DNA of 64,000 bases from an uncultured cyanobacterium (GTDB lineage Bacteria; Cyanobacteriota; Cyanobacteriia; Pseudanabaenales; Pseudanabaenaceae): assembly GCA_963703315.1 (NCBI GenBank), contig OY969811.1, positions 4,384,001-4,448,000 of the forward strand. Reading direction: 5' to 3'. The translations under genes were made by a program, and so were the position numbers. Position 1 is the first letter of the stretch, and every line of letters begins with the position of its first letter. The notes beneath the pieces are model-generated. The model was not told the origin of the DNA and made no database searches. It was given only the letters and a program-made list of their open reading frames with translations. This document shows positions 59,069 through 64,000 of this stretch, in pieces.

Positions 59069-60580
59069 TTATACCTCTGGATTAGATTTTAGATTTTTGT
59101 TAGCAATGACTTCTATCGGTAGGCGATCGCTAATCTGCACAGTTGCTTTTTCGCTCCATCGGGTTAACCATGTGGGTTGAATGCCCAAAAATACAATGAT
59201 TCCCGTCAAAATCAAGGCTGGCAAATGCTCTAGTCCACTTACTTTAGGGTAATAAGCCGTAGCATTGTCTAATTTGCCGAAACAGGTACGATTGAGAAGA
59301 ATAACGAAATAAACGGCGGTTAAACCTGTGCCAATAATCGCAAAGATTGTAGGAATAGGGAACTTGGTAAAACTACCTTGAAAGACTAGAAATTCAGCAA
59401 TAAAACCAACTAATCCAGGAATACCCGCGCTTGCCATGCCTCCCAAAATTAATAGGGCGCTCGTCGTAGGTAACCCACGCAAAGGATTTAAAAGTCCATT
59501 GAGAACGTCTAAATCTCTTGTGCCGACTTTCTCTTCGATGACACCAACGAGATAGAACAATAGAGCTAAAACCAAACCGTGACTGACCATTTGGGCAATC
59601 CCTCCGACGAGGCTGAGGGGTGTGGCGGCGGCGGCGGCTAAGAGAATATAGCTCATGTGACCGATGGAACTATAGGCCACCATCCGCTTGATATCTTTTT
59701 GGGCGATCGCAATCATCGTTCCATACAAAATCCCTAAACCTGCCCACACAGCGATGTAGGGAGATAGTAGCGACCATGCATCGGGAAATAAACCAACACA
59801 AAATCGAAATAGTCCATAGGTTCCTAATTTGGCAACGATACCACCTAGCATCATGACGGTGGGTGTAGTGGATTCTACATAGGTATCAGGGAGCCAAGTA
59901 TGGAAAGGGACGAAGGGTGCTTTGATGCTAAATCCTAATAAAAGAACGATCAGGAGCGTAATTTGAATTTCTAAAGGTAATGAGATCGTTTGGAGGGTGG
60001 AATAGTCGAAGATGGGGGTGGGGTTAGCAGTGAGCCATCCTAAAGCTAAAAATCCAACTAAAATGAGAATGCCTGAAATGGCTGTAAAGATCAGGAATTT
60101 CATCGCGGCATAGCTACGCTGTGCGCCTCCCCAGACTGCGATTACGAGATATAGGGGGATTAATTCGATCTCATAGAAAAGTACGAATAATAGGGTGTTG
60201 GTGGAAAGGATTGCGCCGCTCACGCCTGCGTGAATCAAGAGCATTAATACTTGGAATAGTTGAGAACGCTCTTTAATTTGGCGTTCACAAAAACAAATAA
60301 TCAACCAAGTGAGTAAGCCATTGAGAACAACTAGGGGCAAGGAGAGTCCATCTACGCCGAGGCTATAGTTTAGCCCCAAATTTTCCAGCCAAGGCAGATT
60401 TTCCGTCAGTTGGAAAGCAGGGAGATTAGTGTCAAATTGTCGCAAAAGCAAGAAATCGAGGATGAGAACCGCACTAGAGACGATCGCTGCTCCGCGTTTA
60501 GAGAGATGTTGTGGTAGCAGGGCGATCGCTAAAGCACCAATTACTGGCAACCAAATTAAAGCACTGAGGATATTGGGCAT
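59069..60580 (-). CDS. ndhD3: NDH-1MS subunit D3
   Basis: NuoM family (GVDGLS, PFHTWLPD, KRMVAYSSIGHM) plus GLLNPLRGLP and NRTCFGKLDN; operon context. Confidence 0.9.
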   Translation of the reverse strand: MPNILSALIWLPVIGALAIALLPQHLSKRGAAIVSSAVLILDFLLLRQFDTNLPAFQLTENLPWLENLGLNYSLGVDGLSLPLVVLNGLLTWLIICFCERQIKERSQLFQVLMLLIHAGVSGAILSTNTLLFVLFYEIELIPLYLVIAVWGGAQRSYAAMKFLIFTAISGILILVGFLALGWLTANPTPIFDYSTLQTISLPLEIQITLLIVLLLGFSIKAPFVPFHTWLPDTYVESTTPTVMMLGGIVAKLGTYGLFRFCVGLFPDAWSLLSPYIAVWAGLGILYGTMIAIAQKDIKRMVAYSSIGHMSYILLAAAAATPLSLVGGIAQMVSHGLVLALLFYLVGVIEEKVGTRDLDVLNGLLNPLRGLPTTSALLILGGMASAGIPGLVGFIAEFLVFQGSFTKFPIPTIFAIIGTGLTAVYFVILLNRTCFGKLDNATAYYPKVSGLEHLPALILTGIIVFLGIQPTWLTRWSEKATVQISDRLPIEVIANKNLKSNPEV

Positions 60581-60632
60581 AGTTTTATTTGCACAGTTTT
60601 ATTTGCATAGTTTTTCAATGGGAAGTCCAGAT

Positions 60633-62468
60633 TTAAAGGGGACGATTGAACAACAACAATAGGAGGATGCCAATACCGACCAAGATCGTCAGGGTATAAA
60701 GTTGTAGCTGTCCAAAGGTGCTATAGCGCAGGTTTTGACCACTAAAGAGCGTGGCTAATCCAAAGAAATTGCCCACACCATCTACGAAAAAGCGATCGAA
60801 CCAATACATACTCCTTGATATGACAGCTACTAAGCCCACAATCGTGACCTTATAGAGTTTGGGAGTATAGAAGTCATAGGCAAAGAAGTTTTGCAGTCCT
60901 TGCCAAGGAAGTTGAATCGGCTTGGTCACTTTCTCATTGAGATGTAAATATCCACTTGTGGCTAGACCAACGATGCTGGAACCGATTAGCAGCAAAGCAT
61001 CGGGTTGGGTTAAGGCTGACCAGTCAGAGATAATTCCCCAAGCGGTGAATAACTGCGGAGTATGTAAAACTAGCCCTGCAAGGATGGTCATTGGGAGGAC
61101 GATTAGCCAGAGCGGTTCTACGGATCTTTCGGTCATCTGTTTGGGTTTACCGCCCCAAATCAGTCCAAAAACGCGCATTAAACTAAAAGCAATCAATCCA
61201 TTAATCAGTAGCAATAATTCTGCTAAAGGAGCATTCTTTTCCCAGAGATGGGAGATTAAATCTAACATTGCCCAGAATCCGCCAAAGGGAGGGAAACCAA
61301 TCAGCCCTAGCATTCCGATTAAGAAGCATATTCCAGTGATGGGACGGCGGCTCCATAGTCCACCGACTAAGGTGAGGTCTTGGGTAATGGTGTTAGAAAT
61401 GATGCTGCCAATGGACATTAGTAGTAAGGCGATCGCTAAGGCATGGGCAAAGATCAAAGTATAGGCACTATGGATTTCCCCGACACCAACGGCGATGAAG
61501 ATTAAACCCATAAAGGCACTAGTGAGATAGGACAGCGATCGCTTGACATCAATTTGAGCAATGGAGATTAAGACAGCTCCAAGGGCGGTGGCGGCTCCGA
61601 TCGCAATGACTGCTTGCTGAGTAAAGGGCGATAGGGCAATTAAAGGCTGTAGTTTAATCAGCACCCAAGCACCTGTTGCCACAATTACAGAATTACGCAA
61701 AATCGTACTAGGTAAAGGTCCCTCCATTGCTTCATCTAACCAAAGATGCAAGGGGAATTGAGCGCATTTACCCATAGGACCTACCATCAGAGCTAAGGTG
61801 ACTAGGGTAATGGTGGTTGGATTTACGTCTGTACTTTTCGCCCATTCCGCGAGTTCGCTAAAATTCCAAGTTCCAGTCAAAGGCAGTAAGCCAACGACAC
61901 CAACTAGGAGAAATAAGTCACCAACTCGCTTAGTTAAAAAGGCATCCCGCGCCCCTGAGACTACAAGGGATTGGTTGTACCAAATGCCCACGAGGAGATA
62001 GGTTCCGAGGGTGAGGATTTCGAGAATAACGTAGCTAAAAAAGAGAGAATCACAGATTACTAAGGAAGTCATCCCTGCCTCAAATAGAGCCAAGAGCGCA
62101 AAGAATCGCCCCCAAGCCCAATCCATCTCCATATACCCCACTGCATAAATTTGGGCGAGGAGATTTAGCCCTGTAATTAAAGCGATCGCTCCAATATTCA
62201 GATCAGAAATCTGTAAGTCAATGGTGAAATTTAGCCCACCGACAGCTAACCAAGGAAAAGATAACTCATAGGCTGGCTGTCCCCAAGCTACGGTCAAGGC
62301 GGCGATCGCATGAACAAAGGAGAAAAATGTCATCAAAATATTGACGTAGCCTGCTGGTCTTGGTCCCGTTTTGCGCGTAATCGCGGGAAACCAAATAATC
62401 GAGAGCATTGCCCCGATCAGGGAATAGCAGGGAATTAGCCAGATATTGTCCAGCCAGTTGTTTATCAT
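60633..62468 (-). CDS. ndhF3: NDH-1MS subunit F3
   Basis: RKTGPRPAGYVN, GYMEMDW, ARDAFLTKRVGD, GKCAQFPLHLWLDEAMEGP. Confidence 0.92.
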   Translation of the reverse strand: MINNWLDNIWLIPCYSLIGAMLSIIWFPAITRKTGPRPAGYVNILMTFFSFVHAIAALTVAWGQPAYELSFPWLAVGGLNFTIDLQISDLNIGAIALITGLNLLAQIYAVGYMEMDWAWGRFFALLALFEAGMTSLVICDSLFFSYVILEILTLGTYLLVGIWYNQSLVVSGARDAFLTKRVGDLFLLVGVVGLLPLTGTWNFSELAEWAKSTDVNPTTITLVTLALMVGPMGKCAQFPLHLWLDEAMEGPLPSTILRNSVIVATGAWVLIKLQPLIALSPFTQQAVIAIGAATALGAVLISIAQIDVKRSLSYLTSAFMGLIFIAVGVGEIHSAYTLIFAHALAIALLLMSIGSIISNTITQDLTLVGGLWSRRPITGICFLIGMLGLIGFPPFGGFWAMLDLISHLWEKNAPLAELLLLINGLIAFSLMRVFGLIWGGKPKQMTERSVEPLWLIVLPMTILAGLVLHTPQLFTAWGIISDWSALTQPDALLLIGSSIVGLATSGYLHLNEKVTKPIQLPWQGLQNFFAYDFYTPKLYKVTIVGLVAVISRSMYWFDRFFVDGVGNFFGLATLFSGQNLRYSTFGQLQLYTLTILVGIGILLLLLFNRPL

Positions 62469-62495
62469 ATAAACTCTATTGCTTTTTAAAAAACC

Positions 62496-62568
62496 ATAAT
62501 TAATTATCTATGATTATTGCAAATATATCTCTAAATGAAAATACTACTAATCATCAGTATTTATCTAT
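62496..62568. promoter_or_regulatory. Two probable NdhR/CcmR (LysR) operator sites upstream of ndhF3
   Basis: ATAA-N8-CTAT (62496-62511) and ATCA-N8-CTAT (62553-62568), both ending TTATCTATGA; close to the ATAG-N8-CTAT consensus. Confidence 0.55.
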
Positions 62569-62690
62569 GAATACTATAAGAAAACACTACTATTACATTT
62601 TGTCAGGGCAATCAATCGCTACTAAATGTTATGCTTATTAAACAAATTTGTGATTTTTTCACAATATAAGCTTTTAACTAGCAAAAGTTT

Positions 62691-63974
62691 ATGCTTATTG
62701 AGTTCAGCGTTGGCAACTATAGATCTTTTAAAGATAAGGTCACTTTCAGTATGGTGGCTGCAAATCTTAGTGCTAAAGATAAGAAACTTGATGAAAATAA
62801 TATCTTTGCTGTAGATGATGACTTAAATTTGCTCAAGAGTGCTGCCATTTATGGAGCAAATGCTAGTGGTAAAAGCAATATTGCCAAAGCTTTAGATTTC
62901 ATGAAAGACTTCATTATCAATTCATCTAAAGAAACCCAAAGTACGGATGAAATAAATGTAGAGAATTTCAGGCTTAGCACAGAAACTGAGGATAAGCCTT
63001 CTTTTTTTGAGTTAGTGTTTCTATTAAATGGACAAAGATATAGATACGGATTTGAAGTAGATCAAAGTAGAGTTATTTCTGAGTGGTTATTTTTCTTTCC
63101 TTTATTCAAGGAAAGAAGATTGTTTGAGCGCAATACTGATACCTTTAAGATTTCTCGAATCTATAAGGCTAATAGAATTCAGGAGCTAACTAGAAATAAT
63201 GCACTTTTTCTATCTGTTTCTGCTCAGTTCAATATTGAAATTGCAAAGCAAATTTTGGCATGGTTATCTAAACAGTTAAACATCATTTCTGGCTTAGAAG
63301 ATGATACTTATTTAGGATATACTCTCAATTACTTATCAGAAGAAGAAAATAAAAGTGAGATTTTACAACTAATTAAGAAATTAGATGTAGGTATTAGCGA
63401 TATAGAAATTGGGCATACAGAAATCACTTCTGATATACTTCCTGATTGGATGTCTGATGAAGTTAAAAAATCAACTATTGAGAGTGGAACTAAGGGGATA
63501 ATAGTTAGTACATTACATAAAAAATTTGACGATAACGGTAAGCATTTATCAAATGAAAAGTTTTATTTAGTCTACGATGAATCTGAAGGAACTCAGAAAT
63601 TGTTTGCCTTAGCGGGACTATTAATTGATACACTCAAAAATGGTAGTGTGCTTATTTTTGATGAACTAGATGCAAGACTTCATCCATTAATTAGTCTAGC
63701 GATTGTTGAATTATTTAACTCAAATGAGACAAATCCTAATAATGCTCAATTAATATTCATGACCCACGATACTAATTTGCTTAGCAATAAGATTTTTCGT
63801 AGAGATCAAATATGGTTCACTGAAAAAGATAAATATGGTGCAACAAATTTATACTCTTTAGCCGAATATAAAGTACGCAATGATGCCTCATTTGAGAATG
63901 ACTATATAAAGGGTAAATATGGCGCAATACCCTATATTGGCAACTTAAATACTTTAATCAGTTCCCATGAATAA
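62691..63974 (+). CDS. AAA_21/AbiEii-like ABC ATPase (RloA-type)
   Basis: NYRSFK, YGANASGKSN, ESEGTQKL, DELDARLHP, QLIFMTHD, RRDQIWFTEK, Y..GKYGAIP. Confidence 0.88.
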   Translation: MLIEFSVGNYRSFKDKVTFSMVAANLSAKDKKLDENNIFAVDDDLNLLKSAAIYGANASGKSNIAKALDFMKDFIINSSKETQSTDEINVENFRLSTETEDKPSFFELVFLLNGQRYRYGFEVDQSRVISEWLFFFPLFKERRLFERNTDTFKISRIYKANRIQELTRNNALFLSVSAQFNIEIAKQILAWLSKQLNIISGLEDDTYLGYTLNYLSEEENKSEILQLIKKLDVGISDIEIGHTEITSDILPDWMSDEVKKSTIESGTKGIIVSTLHKKFDDNGKHLSNEKFYLVYDESEGTQKLFALAGLLIDTLKNGSVLIFDELDARLHPLISLAIVELFNSNETNPNNAQLIFMTHDTNLLSNKIFRRDQIWFTEKDKYGATNLYSLAEYKVRNDASFENDYIKGKYGAIPYIGNLNTLISSHE

Positions 63975-64000
63975 AAGGAAAGTCAATTCTCGTGGTTATT
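63967..64000 (+). CDS. 5' start of a probable RloB-like protein (truncated by the window edge)
   Basis: ATG overlaps the ATPase end; basic MNKRKVNSRGY start; RloB usually follows this ATPase family. Confidence 0.45.
   Translation, partial: MNKRKVNSRGY

Overview
A 64 kb chromosomal window from a cyanobacterium. The evidence is abundant HIP1 GCGATCGC octamers, prk, and the ndhF3-ndhD3-cupA-cupS CO2-uptake operon; the repeat style suggests a Pseudanabaena-like organism (inference). Housekeeping genes (gcvH, queG, prk, der, plsX, fabH, cysH) alternate with accessory blocks: a 2849-aa RTX/RHS surface protein next to a PFE-CTERM protein, an ATPase + TPR + HicB trio, a persulfide dioxygenase/rhodanese/TauE cluster, tandem beta-propeller paralogs, an arsR-acr3-gap-arsJ arsenic locus, two DUF6516/TumE-type toxin-antitoxin pairs and an RloA/RloB-like pair at the right edge. 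Many intergenic spaces hold GC-cored palindromes or TA-flanked MITEs. Best leads: (1) the two TA pairs are packaged as ~800 bp cassettes between three copies of a ~42 bp direct repeat with a palindromic core that runs into HIP1, resembling a site-specific cassette array; (2) larC is split at an A9 run with the conserved C-terminal motif in the -1 frame, suggesting recoding; (3) the RHS protein carries a HExxH toxin-like module internally, after the DPxGL motif and followed by ~580 more residues. No rRNA, tRNA or CRISPR array was seen. All calls come from reading the sequence; no searches were run.
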